From positions 32,001-96,000 of IMG/VR virus record IMGVR_UViG_3300047472_000155: 64,000 nucleotides of DNA, one strand, 5' to 3'. The notes beneath the pieces were generated by a model. The model saw nothing but the letters and a program-made list of their open reading frames with translations, was not told the DNA's origin and did not search any database. The position numbers were made by a program, and so were the translations under genes. Every line of letters starts with the position of its first letter. Position 1 is the first letter of the stretch. Below, piece after piece: positions 28,389 to 38,635 of the stretch. The stretch comes from a virus.

Positions 28389-28790
28389 ATGTTATCGTTC
28401 ACTAGTAAAGTCGTAGGAAAAGCAATGATTGAGAAAGAGGTCACAGAAAAAGACATTGAAACAATTATCGTCAATGGTTTTGAAGGTGGCATTAAATATT
28501 GGGCAGGATTGGATGTATATTATTCTGAGGATGTATTCAATTGTCCCAAAGATGAACCGTGGTCAACATGGTGCACAAAGCTGTTGATTGAAGGTAAGTC
28601 AGTTAAATTGTATGATGTTGAAGGTACAGAAGATGACAACAATTGGATTTTAACACTAGACAAAATTATCAATGGATATAAATTAAATTGCATTAAGCGT
28701 CCACACGATTCAGATTTAGAAAATGGAGACGCTACGACAAGTGATTCAATCATTCAGTATGCATTGTTTAATGAAATTGTATTTGGATAA
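28389..28790 (+). CDS. Conserved phage hypothetical protein
   Basis: EGGIKYW..DA..DSIIQYALFNEIVFG motif. Confidence 0.7.
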   Translation: MLSFTSKVVGKAMIEKEVTEKDIETIIVNGFEGGIKYWAGLDVYYSEDVFNCPKDEPWSTWCTKLLIEGKSVKLYDVEGTEDDNNWILTLDKIINGYKLNCIKRPHDSDLENGDATTSDSIIQYALFNEIVFG

Positions 28791-28806
28791 GAGAGGATGA
28801 ATAACA

Positions 28807-29004
28807 GTGAATAAAAAAGCGGCAATCGCTATTTTTAAAGGTGAATATGCACAATTTTTAATTGACAAGAAGAACGATATTCCTGCTAAACAGCAAGCAT
28901 GGACAGAATTTGTTGATATGTTGTGCAAGAATGGAGACATAAAACAGAAACAATTTGATACATGGGACAATCCAAGCTTTGCAAAAGCCAAGAAGAGAGG
29001 GTGA
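28807..29004 (+). CDS. Small phage hypothetical protein
   Basis: AW..FVD.LCKNGDI..QF.TW.NP motif. Confidence 0.65.
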   Translation: MNKKAAIAIFKGEYAQFLIDKKNDIPAKQQAWTEFVDMLCKNGDIKQKQFDTWDNPSFAKAKKRG

Positions 29005-29010
29005 TAACAA

Positions 29011-29217
29011 ATGGGAATGATTCAGTCACATCATGAAATAAATGTTTCTTTAAATGGCAGGCATTTGTTTGCAACAGCAGAAAGAAGTTGTGTATCTACA
29101 AGTGAGTTGAATGAAATCTTAGAAGTGTTCATCAAGAAATTTCCAAAATCAGAAGGTTATAGCATATCTTATACAAAGGTAAAATGTGAAGGATCATCAA
29201 AAGAAGTAAGAAATTAA
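29011..29217 (+). CDS. Small phage hypothetical protein
   Basis: INVSLNGRHLFAT..KFP..EGY motif. Confidence 0.65.
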   Translation: MGMIQSHHEINVSLNGRHLFATAERSCVSTSELNEILEVFIKKFPKSEGYSISYTKVKCEGSSKEVRN

Positions 29218-29309
29218 TTCAGTAAATGATAGTTCTCTATATGACAATAGATTATATAGGGAACAATTGATTTATTGAAGTACATACTAATGAAAATGAG
29301 GCGGTTAAT

Positions 29310-29594
29310 ATGGCACACCTTGTAAGCAAGAATCAGTATGAAGACATCAAGAATCAGAAATATGTATTGGTAAATTTTGATTTTATTGGAAGAAGAACAA
29401 TGCATTACAGCGGATTGTCAATAATAGGGATAATGGAGGCAATGCAGAAACAGGTTAGTTTGAGTGTGGTATCTACAGTGTTTACAGAAGAAGAGATTAA
29501 AATGTTTAATATTGACTTGACAAAAAGAGATATTGAGTATTTCAGAAAGTTTAAACAAGATATAGAAAAACTGAAAAGAGTTTCGAATCAGTAA
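29310..29594 (+). CDS. Hypothetical protein
   Basis: 94-aa ORF, GAGG RBS. Confidence 0.6.
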   Translation: MAHLVSKNQYEDIKNQKYVLVNFDFIGRRTMHYSGLSIIGIMEAMQKQVSLSVVSTVFTEEEIKMFNIDLTKRDIEYFRKFKQDIEKLKRVSNQ

Positions 29595-29666
29595 ATGATA
29601 TCACCTTATATAATACATATTATGTAAGGTGCAATTGATTAACTGATTTAGAATAAAACAAAAGGG

Positions 29667-30713
29667 ATGATAAATATGTTATTTCAAACAATTACAAGAC
29701 CAGTTGTATACAAGAAATTCGGTGATGTCAATCCAATCGAACATGATGGAGGCTTTTACACAGAAACATCTAAAGGCGAATTTGAAATTATTCATATCAC
29801 ACCTGATGAAGAACATGAAAATTTCGGATGGTGGAATGTGGTATCTGTGGATACCACAGACGATTCTTGGATTGATGTGAAAAGCATTTGTTCATTTGCC
29901 GACATTGGTCCAGATAATGTTGATACTATTGATTTTGCACTTGCCTGCATTAATTATTATGGAATAGAAAATTTTGGTGGCAATCAAGCACAAGAATCAG
30001 CGATTAGTCATCGTGAAATTGAAAAATTATATAACACAATCGTATCAGAAAATTTCATTGAAGATGATGAAAATTTAAAACATCGTATTATCAATTATTT
30101 TGATGTATGGGGCAATTCTAAAGACGGTTATGAAGTTAATAACATGTGTGAAGAAGGAGTAATAACATTGCACATGAACGCAACGAATGAAGATGTTCTG
30201 AAAGCGCTTAAGAAATTCGGATTCTTCAAAAAACATGTGCGAATGAACATGGTTCAGTTTGATGACTCATTAATAGATATGTGGGAAATTAACGATTCAA
30301 AAGGCAAACCTATCTGTCGTGTGGAACCAATTATTGAAGAACCAGATTACAAACACACTATAACATATGATAGTGAGCATGGTGAACGTGTTCAGAAACA
30401 CTTTGAAACAAAGTCAGAAGTATATAAGTTTCTTGACACGTTGTCTAATGATTTAAATGATGTATGGACAGACTATAAAGAAGACGAATCCACAAAAGAG
30501 GTGTTACAAATGGAAAAGGATAATATCAAAATCGAAGGTCACAGAGGAACATGGTATATAATTGATGAAGCTAAATACAATGGTGAAGCGGTATATTTGC
30601 TTGAACATGAAGCATATGGAGATACCGCTGCTTGTTTAATTGTTCGTGGAGACCTATCCATTGTTTTAGATGATGTATGGAATGGGTTTGATGATTTAAA
30701 TGATTTAGAGTAG
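29667..30713 (+). CDS. Multi-domain polyvalent-type protein, C-terminal LPD18-like domain
   Basis: IKIEGHRGTWYIIDE..LLEHEAYGD.AACLIV..DDVWNGFDDL; central DVWGN.KDGYEVN motif. Confidence 0.65.
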   Translation: MINMLFQTITRPVVYKKFGDVNPIEHDGGFYTETSKGEFEIIHITPDEEHENFGWWNVVSVDTTDDSWIDVKSICSFADIGPDNVDTIDFALACINYYGIENFGGNQAQESAISHREIEKLYNTIVSENFIEDDENLKHRIINYFDVWGNSKDGYEVNNMCEEGVITLHMNATNEDVLKALKKFGFFKKHVRMNMVQFDDSLIDMWEINDSKGKPICRVEPIIEEPDYKHTITYDSEHGERVQKHFETKSEVYKFLDTLSNDLNDVWTDYKEDESTKEVLQMEKDNIKIEGHRGTWYIIDEAKYNGEAVYLLEHEAYGDTAACLIVRGDLSIVLDDVWNGFDDLNDLE

Positions 30714-30797
30714 TTTCAGAATTGATTATGCCTTATATAACAACATATTATATAAGGCATTAATGAGTTATTGAAACTCAAGAAAGGATGATACAAT

Positions 30798-31187
30798 ATG
30801 GATAACAAAACTAAACAGTTAATTTTTGAAGGTGCAGGATGGGAAATTGCTGAACATAATGGTGTAGGTAATTGTCGTATCAGAACAAGATTGACAAATA
30901 AAGAAGGTAAATTTATTTACTTAGAAATGTCAGGCAATGATATTTCTAATTCCAGACGCCACCCATACAAAAAGGAATTTCCGTTTATTGGATATGTTCA
31001 GCATTGCTTTGAAAGTGATGATAACGAACATAGTGAATACAGAAAACTAGAAAATGTTCCTTTTCATTATTCCAAAAGTTCCATTTTAAGTATGGTAAAT
31101 GAAAAATTGAATTGCGATTATACTGAATTGGTTGTTATCAATGACAATTCAGTGAGAGTACATGATACAAAAAAACCATTGTGTTAA
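30798..31187 (+). CDS. Hypothetical protein
   Basis: LIFEGAG..VGNCRIRT motif. Confidence 0.65.
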   Translation: MDNKTKQLIFEGAGWEIAEHNGVGNCRIRTRLTNKEGKFIYLEMSGNDISNSRRHPYKKEFPFIGYVQHCFESDDNEHSEYRKLENVPFHYSKSSILSMVNEKLNCDYTELVVINDNSVRVHDTKKPLC

Positions 31188-31222
31188 AATAAATTAAACT
31201 TAATAATAAGGGATGATATCAT

Positions 31223-31888
31223 ATGACAAAACAAAAGTTGGTACATGGAAACAAGAGAACGATGGAATATATAGGTGAAGATAATTTTAGCAATCCTATA
31301 TATAGATGTGTTGAAAATGACTCTTTGTGGAAAGATATAGCACTTGGAGAGAGCGAGATTCCACAATTGTATGATTGTGGAAATGAAATTGATGGCGATC
31401 CAGGATTTCCTATAAGACCTGAATTGGAATTACACTTTATTAGTAAGCCGCCATCAAAAGAAAATAAATTTAATTACATGATGCTCAGTAGAATGCAAAG
31501 CGATTGCGAATACTATCTTAATTATGGAAATCGTAGTAAAAACAGATTGTATTATGAAGATGAACAGAGACACATTGATGAAATGAGGAAATTGCATAAC
31601 GCATTTCCGGAAGACGGAAAGCCAGAATGGTTAACAATGGAGCAAATAGAGCAATATGAAGTGCAAATGGTTTCCGTAAAATGTCCATCCTGTGGTGAGT
31701 TATATAGTATATCAGAATGGAATAATAACACATTTGAGATTGTTTCGAACTTAAATAATTCAGACGATCCCATTACTTCATATCACAAAAGAAAAGAAGG
31801 AACGCTTTATCGCTGTCCCAATCAAAATTGTGAAGATGAAGTTATTACAGATTCAAATCTTTGTTTGAAGGTTCAAGATTCAGAATAA
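31223..31888 (+). CDS. LPD11-domain protein with C-terminal Zn ribbon
   Basis: YMMLSRMQSDCEYYL.YG..KPEWLTMEQI; CPSC..CPNQNC. Confidence 0.75.
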   Translation: MTKQKLVHGNKRTMEYIGEDNFSNPIYRCVENDSLWKDIALGESEIPQLYDCGNEIDGDPGFPIRPELELHFISKPPSKENKFNYMMLSRMQSDCEYYLNYGNRSKNRLYYEDEQRHIDEMRKLHNAFPEDGKPEWLTMEQIEQYEVQMVSVKCPSCGELYSISEWNNNTFEIVSNLNNSDDPITSYHKRKEGTLYRCPNQNCEDEVITDSNLCLKVQDSE

Positions 31889-31975
31889 TATACTATGCTC
31901 TTTACTACATATAGTAGAGGGCATAAATACTTTTCTGAATAAGAAAAGAATTCAATAACAAAAGGATGATATAAC

Positions 31976-32344
31976 ATGACAAACCAAACTAAAAAATCAT
32001 TTGAATTCAATGGAAATTTTCCTGTGGTCGTAGAAATTGGTGAAAATAAAAATTTTATTCAAAAGAAAGAAATGACAGAATTTGAGTTGCGTGGTGTATA
32101 TTCATTTCTTGATGAATATCTAACAGAATTCTATGATGACGGAGAGAAATATGATTCAGCAACGGATCTTGCTTTGGGATATGTTGGAGGTGTTATCGCT
32201 TGCACAACGCAAACAGGACTTCCGGGAGCGCCACAAGAAGTTAAAGATTATCAGCTTCAATATTTTGCACTCACAGAGAACAATGTCTTGCTTGCTGTTG
32301 TTGAAGACGAGAACAACAAAAGTTATTATATTCGTATTAACTAA
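31976..32344 (+). CDS. Hypothetical protein
   Basis: 122-aa ORF with RBS. Confidence 0.65.
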   Translation: MTNQTKKSFEFNGNFPVVVEIGENKNFIQKKEMTEFELRGVYSFLDEYLTEFYDDGEKYDSATDLALGYVGGVIACTTQTGLPGAPQEVKDYQLQYFALTENNVLLAVVEDENNKSYYIRIN

Positions 32345-32359
32345 AGGAGAGAATAAAAA

Positions 32360-32740
32360 ATGGAGACAACTAGTAAAAAATTTATATATCAAATTCAGAA
32401 TCATATTTATGATCGTTTGTCGGAAGACTTGACAACGGAATTAAGTGAACAGTTGAAAAATGCAATGGATGAATTCAATGATTGGTATTCTATACATGAA
32501 CGTCAGGTGATTCCAGATAAATATGATGCATTCAAAAAATGGCTATGGGGTATTCCATCTTGTTTGTCAGTAGAATATGTCTATTACAATATAATTGGCA
32601 CTCTTAAAGATTGGTTTTATGAGTGTGGAGAAAAGTATATTGAAACAGATGATCAAACGATAGATGCTGATCTTTACATGAACCTAATAACACGAGAATT
32701 TTTTAACATGTATAATAATCATTGCACTCAAGCAAAATAA
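32360..32740 (+). CDS. Hypothetical protein
   Basis: 126-aa ORF, AAGGAG RBS. Confidence 0.65.
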   Translation: METTSKKFIYQIQNHIYDRLSEDLTTELSEQLKNAMDEFNDWYSIHERQVIPDKYDAFKKWLWGIPSCLSVEYVYYNIIGTLKDWFYECGEKYIETDDQTIDADLYMNLITREFFNMYNNHCTQAK

Positions 32741-32834
32741 TCAGAACTTTATCATGTCCTTTACGTATAACACATAGAGGACATGAATACTTTTCTGACC
32801 GAAAAGTAAATTCATTCTAAAGGATTGATTTATA

Positions 32835-33197
32835 GTGAATAATACAATGAAAGAAATGAAAGAAATGTTCAGAAATAGAATTGCAAAACAAATGTCGGAC
32901 TCAGTTGAGAAAATAAGTCTTGGTCAATTGTCTCCTCAAGTTCAAGAAAGTTTATATACGCTGAGTAGTGCAATTAGGGCAGAATATGTGGTAAAATCAA
33001 TTGAATTTGAAATAATGATGTTAAATTCTGCTGGTTTTAATGAAAACAATTACAACATGTCTGATATTATGTGGGAAATGATTCAAAGAGAGAGTGATTT
33101 CCATGAACACAGAAAGAAGTTTGAAAGAGTCTCAGGTTTTAAGTATATGGAGTTTAATAATCAAGAGTTGTACAATTTAATGCATAATATTCAATAA
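32835..33197 (+). CDS. Hypothetical protein
   Basis: 120-aa ORF with RBS. Confidence 0.6.
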   Translation: MNNTMKEMKEMFRNRIAKQMSDSVEKISLGQLSPQVQESLYTLSSAIRAEYVVKSIEFEIMMLNSAGFNENNYNMSDIMWEMIQRESDFHEHRKKFERVSGFKYMEFNNQELYNLMHNIQ

Positions 33198-33210
33198 AAG
33201 GAGAGGAAAA

Positions 33211-33600
33211 ATGAAAAAAATAAATGTAATGTTACAAACAAGCTTTGGAAAAATTCAGATTGGAGAAATTAGCTTAAATCCAAGTATAATAGGAAGTGTT
33301 TCAGAAGAATATGTTGTAGAACAATGGCTTGAAAGTTTAAATGTAAATATCGAACAAATTGCCAGAGTGTGGACACAAGCAGAACATCGTGTTTATTTAT
33401 ATGGAATTCATGGCAAAGCAAAAGACAGTGAAATTTATGGTAATTATGAATTCTATTACGTTTCAAGCGGTATGTTATATGATAAGCAAGAGTACTTCTC
33501 AGAAATTGAAGTGGGAGAATATTTGGGAGATTTAACAACGCTTGATCAGATAACCGCATTAGATACTTTCTTTGTTAAGGTAAAAGAAGAATTACAATAA
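33211..33600 (+). CDS. Hypothetical protein
   Basis: 129-aa ORF with RBS. Confidence 0.65.
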   Translation: MKKINVMLQTSFGKIQIGEISLNPSIIGSVSEEYVVEQWLESLNVNIEQIARVWTQAEHRVYLYGIHGKAKDSEIYGNYEFYYVSSGMLYDKQEYFSEIEVGEYLGDLTTLDQITALDTFFVKVKEELQ

Positions 33601-33620
33601 TATAAAGGGGGTAGATAACA

Positions 33621-33965
33621 ATGAATAATAACAATCTTAAAAAAGTAATTTCAGAACTTGACAAAAGAACAGAATTCTTCAAAGATGCATTTGAAGAATA
33701 CAATATACCTCCAAAGATTAAAAATGCCTCTGAGTCCATTTGCATCAAGTTTAATATATATGGTATTTGTGATCCAATGTACATTGTAAATAGCATAGCT
33801 TATGAATTGGGTATAGGTGACGGATGCGGCAACTTCAATGACAATGAACCAGATTTATCAAAGCTTGATTATATTGCTGATAGACTTAAATTTTCGTATG
33901 GATGTAATATTCATGAAAAAGATACATTGCTAAGAATACTTGTAAAAAATATTGTTATGGAATAG
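33621..33965 (+). CDS. Hypothetical protein
   Basis: 114-aa ORF with RBS. Confidence 0.65.
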   Translation: MNNNNLKKVISELDKRTEFFKDAFEEYNIPPKIKNASESICIKFNIYGICDPMYIVNSIAYELGIGDGCGNFNDNEPDLSKLDYIADRLKFSYGCNIHEKDTLLRILVKNIVME

Positions 33966-34422
33966 TTCAGAATAATATACCATACCTTTTATATAACACT
34001 ATATAGAAGGTATAAATGCTCTTCTGAGCAAGAAAGGAGTGTATTACAATGACATCTAAGAAGTCAAAACAAAGAACACGTAATCAATTTACTATCTTAG
34101 CCAAATCAAAGGAGACTGACGAGGTTTATAAGAAAGTATTTTACAAATATATGGAAGTTGAAAAATGGGCAGAAAAACATAACATGGAAGTATTTAAGGT
34201 TGATATCAAGAAAGTAAAGGTGGAGGACTGACAAATGAATTATAAACAATACATTTACCATAACACATTGACTGATGAGGTTGTTGGCTTTAATGCAAAC
34301 AGCTTAAGACAATCTAGGATCAGAATGACAAGATTGAGCAGAGTTCATTTTGTTGGCACTAAGGCAATTGATTGGAAGTTTGTTAAAACAGATAGAAAAA
34401 TAAAGAAATGGGAGATGTCAAA

Positions 34423-34923
34423 ATGAGCAATCTTGAAGAAGCATTTTTAAAATTGATAAATTTGATCTTAAAAAAGGGAACGCATAACAAGAGTTCAGAA
34501 GTAGCATTAAAATGTATATATCTATTCTACAACAATACATCAGATTTAACATTGAAAAACGCTTTTGACTTTTATATTAAAAAAAGTAAAACAAATGAAA
34601 TGGACACACAAAAACTTGATGCTGCCATATCTTATGTAGAAGAAATGATAGACAATACTAAAAACATTAAAATGCTTAATGACAGAAATTTGCCAATAAT
34701 ATTGTTTGTGGCGAATCTTGCAATAGAAAAAGGAATGCCAAAACAAATATTTACATTGTATACGGAAGGATTTTTTGACTTGCTGAAATCAAATCAAATA
34801 TTTGATCAATTAGCGATATCATACATTCAGCTTTTAAATTTTGGTTCTATGAGGTGCGAAAATGTACAAAAAAGAATTCAAATATTAGCTGAAAATCATG
34901 GAATCGAATATATTTACAAATAA
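34423..34923 (+). CDS. Hypothetical protein resembling the C-terminal domain of the DUF262 protein at 44946
   Basis: ML..NLPII..A..AI.KG..F..GS..ENVQKRI aligns with MLKKVHVPII..AI.KDG..F..GSAKKDQVNTRL. Confidence 0.6.
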   Translation: MSNLEEAFLKLINLILKKGTHNKSSEVALKCIYLFYNNTSDLTLKNAFDFYIKKSKTNEMDTQKLDAAISYVEEMIDNTKNIKMLNDRNLPIILFVANLAIEKGMPKQIFTLYTEGFFDLLKSNQIFDQLAISYIQLLNFGSMRCENVQKRIQILAENHGIEYIYK

Positions 34924-35074
34924 TTCGGATTCACATACTATAACACTGACACGTACATATAACAAGTCGGTGTTATACATGTGACACTGAAATTATGCTT
35001 GCATAGTCGGTAAAATGTGGTATAATAGTAGATGGCACAAATAAAAGATAAAATATCAGAATGGAGGAATTAAC

Positions 35075-35407
35075 ATGGTCAACGTTGACAAAAACGGTTT
35101 ACCAGAATATTGTTACAGTATTCTTCTCTCTACAGGAGAGGTGATTATGATCCATCGTTATCAAGACGGATATTCACCTACTAGAGAAGACAACTTGCCA
35201 TGGTACGGGCAGGAAAATGCCGATGTTGCCAATGAAAAAATTGGTGTTTCAAAGGATCAAGAGTTGGCTATGAGTCATGGTTCAATGTTTGGATGGAATA
35301 CTATTGGAGCAAAACCAGAAACTTGGAAATTGAAGCTAACTAAAGAAGAAGTTGAAAATATTTTGGACAAAATTGATAAAGAAGAAGCGAATACAGACAT
35401 CGAATAA
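35075..35407 (+). CDS. Conserved mobile-element hypothetical protein
   Basis: LPEYCYS..STGE.I.I.R..N..IGVS..Q..AM..GSMFGW..GA.P; promoter TTGCAT..TATAAT upstream. Confidence 0.7.
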   Translation: MVNVDKNGLPEYCYSILLSTGEVIMIHRYQDGYSPTREDNLPWYGQENADVANEKIGVSKDQELAMSHGSMFGWNTIGAKPETWKLKLTKEEVENILDKIDKEEANTDIE

Positions 35408-35497
35408 TCATAGCATGATTATATCTTTCACACTATATATTAGTGAAAGGTATAAATGATTTTATGATTGGAAATCATGACATGAAAGGATGATACG

Positions 35498-35821
35498 ATG
35501 GAAATTTTAGTTATGTCTAATGGTCAAACTGAAATTATATCTGATGAAAAAGATTTGATTGAATTTATTGGAAGATTAATGGGATATGAAGTTAAGACAA
35601 TGATTGAAGCAATTGTTAAAAAGCCTGAAAAAGTTAGAGCTTACACAGATAGTGATTATGAATCATATGAAAGACAAGTAGAGGAAAATGTCAATGCTTT
35701 TGAAGAATTGGCTAATTTACTTGACACAGCATCATCGGAATTGAAAAAAGAAAGATTCAATAGGAAAGAATTAAAAAGGTTAATCGAAAGAATGGATAGT
35801 GTAGTTAGTAATCAGATATAA
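35498..35821 (+). CDS. Hypothetical protein
   Basis: 107-aa ORF with RBS. Confidence 0.65.
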   Translation: MEILVMSNGQTEIISDEKDLIEFIGRLMGYEVKTMIEAIVKKPEKVRAYTDSDYESYERQVEENVNAFEELANLLDTASSELKKERFNRKELKRLIERMDSVVSNQI

Positions 35822-35834
35822 AGGGGGAAGGAAA

Positions 35835-38150
35835 ATGACAATTACAGTATCAAAGGATTTCCATAAGCCACTGTGGGATAAGTTCAATGTACAACAACGT
35901 AAGGCGGTTAAGCAAGTAGATGGTGCAGTTCAAATATGTGCGATAGCAGGTAGTGGCAAGACAACGGTTATCGTTCATAGGGTAGAGCATATGATTAATG
36001 ACTTGGAAATTAACCCATCGTCAATTGCTCTAATGACATTTACATCTAAAGCATCAACAGAAATGGGTGAACGTCTGCAAAAGCTCATTGATAAGAAAGA
36101 TTATACATCCATGTTCTGCGGAACATCACACAGTTTTGGATTTAGAATTCTTGCGAAAGAGTACAAAGAAATGAATCACCCACTTGCTACATGTACACGT
36201 AGAGACTTTAAAGACCCAGGAGTCTTGCAGGGAAGTACATTGAAATATTTTAGTACAGCGGTGAAAGACAAATTACTAACCTTACCATTGGATTCTAAAA
36301 TAATCAGAGAAATTGAAGAAATTGCAGAAAATCAATTTTTGAAAGTTGTTAGCTTATGCAAGAATGCAGACATTGATCCTATGCAATACGAAGACTTATC
36401 TATCATGGAAGACCCAACGCCTAACAGATGGGCATACATCCATTACTATAAGATGTATGAGAAGATGAAGAACGAACGCAAATGCATTGATTTTGACGAC
36501 ATGCTATTTAAGGCAGTTCGCTTGTTGAGAGAACATCCTGAAATCTTGCGCAAATATCAAAAGCAATACAAATACATTACAGTTGACGAAACACAAGACA
36601 ACAACAAAACACAATATGCTCTTGCAGAAATGATTGCGTATCCAGAAAATAATATTTATGTTGTTGGTGATGATGATCAAAGCTTATACACATTCCGTGG
36701 GGCAGAACCGGATTTGTTTATCAACTTTACCAACAAGTACGACAATGCAATTCAAATTCCGCTTCAAGACAATTATCGTAGTAGAGCTGACATTATTAGG
36801 GTTGCTGGATTGTTGATCGCCCATAACACCAAACGCATTAAGAAACAACTTATAGCCAACAATAAATCGGATATAACATCGGTGTTTTATTCTAACTATG
36901 TTGATGAAATTCAGGAAGCAGAAAGTGTTGCAAAAGAAATTGATAATATTTGCAATGATCCAAATGCTGATTTCATGGATAGTGTCCCTTACAATAAGGT
37001 ATTCATCATCTATCGAACAAATGCTCAGAACAAAGAAATGGAAGATGCCTTAATTACGAAGGGAATTCCATATGTAATTCATGGAGGCATGAGCTTCTAT
37101 GAACGCAGAGAAGTTAAAGATGTATTGGCATATCTTAGACTTGCCAATGACACAAGCGACAATGAAGCCTTTAAACGTGTATACAATGTTCCTAGCCGTT
37201 TCTTAGGCAAAGCTTTTCTCAATAAGATTGATGATAACGGAAGAAGCTCTTTATGGGACAGATGTTCTAAGGTAGAGATGACAAAGAGAGAAGAACCAGG
37301 AATTGAAGGATTTAAATCTCTTGTTAATGCAATGTCAGAGTTAAATGAAAAGGGTGCAAAAATTGAGGAATTAATTGATTTCTTGATGAAGAACGGTTAT
37401 GAAGATCATCTCAAAAAAGACAACAAAGAAGACACAGAAGATGAAGAAAATGAAATTGTTGAAAAGTTAAAATTCTTTGTAAGAAGATTTGACAGTATCG
37501 ACAATCTTATTAAATACGTTGAAATGATGTCCGGTAAGCGCAAAGAGGATGTCAATGGTGTACAACTTATGACCGTACATGGAAGTAAGGGACTTGAGGC
37601 ACATGCTGTGTTCGGTATAGGTATCAACGAAGGACTTATGCCTCATGCACGAAGCCTTGAAGCATATGACACTGGCGAGAATTTGTTTGCCATTGAAGAA
37701 GAAAGAAGATTGGCTTATGTACTTGTGACAAGAGCGCAGGAATTAGCTTATTTATCTTCTACAAGTTCATTTAATGGCAAAAATTCTGGAAATTCAAGAT
37801 TCATTGAGGAAATGGGTTTATTAAAACCCCTTGGAACCGAAAAGAACAATAAGGAAATTGAGGTTTTGAATGAGATCAAAGAAGAAGTAAAGAAACCGTC
37901 CACGAAAGAAGCAGAATCTGAGTTTATTGAAGGAATTGGTAAACTTCAAGAGGTTATGGACATCAAAGATTACAATGCACTTCAGAAACTTCAAGATTTA
38001 GAAAAGAATGTGGTTACAGAAATCGAAGAATCAGAAGTAGAAGATGATGACATTCCTCCAGATGGATACGAATTTGTATATGATGAATTTCTTGGGAGAA
38101 TCGTAAAACCGTTGAAACTAGATTCTGTTACAAAAAAATACTTTAAGTAA
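35835..38150 (+). CDS. PcrA/UvrD-like SF1A helicase
   Basis: AIAGSGKT; TFT.KA; VDETQD; VGDDDQSLY.FRGA; NYRS; YRTNAQ; MTVHGSKGLE; EERRLAYV.VTRA. Confidence 0.95.
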   Translation: MTITVSKDFHKPLWDKFNVQQRKAVKQVDGAVQICAIAGSGKTTVIVHRVEHMINDLEINPSSIALMTFTSKASTEMGERLQKLIDKKDYTSMFCGTSHSFGFRILAKEYKEMNHPLATCTRRDFKDPGVLQGSTLKYFSTAVKDKLLTLPLDSKIIREIEEIAENQFLKVVSLCKNADIDPMQYEDLSIMEDPTPNRWAYIHYYKMYEKMKNERKCIDFDDMLFKAVRLLREHPEILRKYQKQYKYITVDETQDNNKTQYALAEMIAYPENNIYVVGDDDQSLYTFRGAEPDLFINFTNKYDNAIQIPLQDNYRSRADIIRVAGLLIAHNTKRIKKQLIANNKSDITSVFYSNYVDEIQEAESVAKEIDNICNDPNADFMDSVPYNKVFIIYRTNAQNKEMEDALITKGIPYVIHGGMSFYERREVKDVLAYLRLANDTSDNEAFKRVYNVPSRFLGKAFLNKIDDNGRSSLWDRCSKVEMTKREEPGIEGFKSLVNAMSELNEKGAKIEELIDFLMKNGYEDHLKKDNKEDTEDEENEIVEKLKFFVRRFDSIDNLIKYVEMMSGKRKEDVNGVQLMTVHGSKGLEAHAVFGIGINEGLMPHARSLEAYDTGENLFAIEEERRLAYVLVTRAQELAYLSSTSSFNGKNSGNSRFIEEMGLLKPLGTEKNNKEIEVLNEIKEEVKKPSTKEAESEFIEGIGKLQEVMDIKDYNALQKLQDLEKNVVTEIEESEVEDDDIPPDGYEFVYDEFLGRIVKPLKLDSVTKKYFK

Positions 38151-38223
38151 TTTAATCTTTTTAAAAGGCTTGAAATGTCAAGCCTTTTATAAAGGAATTA
38201 AATCCTTATAACTTGAGAGGAGA

Positions 38224-38631
38224 ATGAAAATGTCAGATAAATATATGAGCTATAACCGCAAAGAATTTGAGTCAGGTTTATTAAAAATAGCTAAAAATCT
38301 TAACTTACAAGTTGGCGATTACACAGAAAAACAGGGGAAGCAGAATATTGAGGAACGCGTTTATGAAATGACAACACCCAATCCTGTCATACGTATTTTA
38401 ATATATTCTTCTATTGACCCAAGAACAAATATCTCCAGAGAAGTTGGAGGTGATGCAATAAGAATTAATTTCTATTGCAAATTCAATGGAAAAACTTATT
38501 ATAAAAAGTTCAAGACACATCAGCGTATTAAGACTATGTTCGACAATATAGAAAAATCAATTCAAGAAATAAACAAAGAAAAAATGAAAAAAGAATTATC
38601 CAACTGGATTTACAAGGTGTCACAAAACTAG
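38224..38631 (+). CDS. Hypothetical phage protein
   Basis: IYSSID..SREVGGDAIR motif. Confidence 0.65.
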   Translation: MKMSDKYMSYNRKEFESGLLKIAKNLNLQVGDYTEKQGKQNIEERVYEMTTPNPVIRILIYSSIDPRTNISREVGGDAIRINFYCKFNGKTYYKKFKTHQRIKTMFDNIEKSIQEINKEKMKKELSNWIYKVSQN

Positions 38632-38635
38632 TGAG

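Larger units (their letters stand above)
25519..35469 (+). repeat. Family of ~15 intergenic hairpins of 55-75 nt with conserved architecture
   Basis: 25519-25587, 26082-26145, 26347-26406, 27041-27105, 27345-27419, 27742-27801, 28295-28348, 29218-29279, 29586-29648, 30712-30778, 31878-31940, 32741-32798, 33965-34029, 34924-34991, 35406-35469. Confidence 0.88.

Noticed and set aside
25519-35469. Intergenic hairpins as intrinsic terminators
   Set aside because: No U-tracts, and most downstream genes have no promoter of their own.
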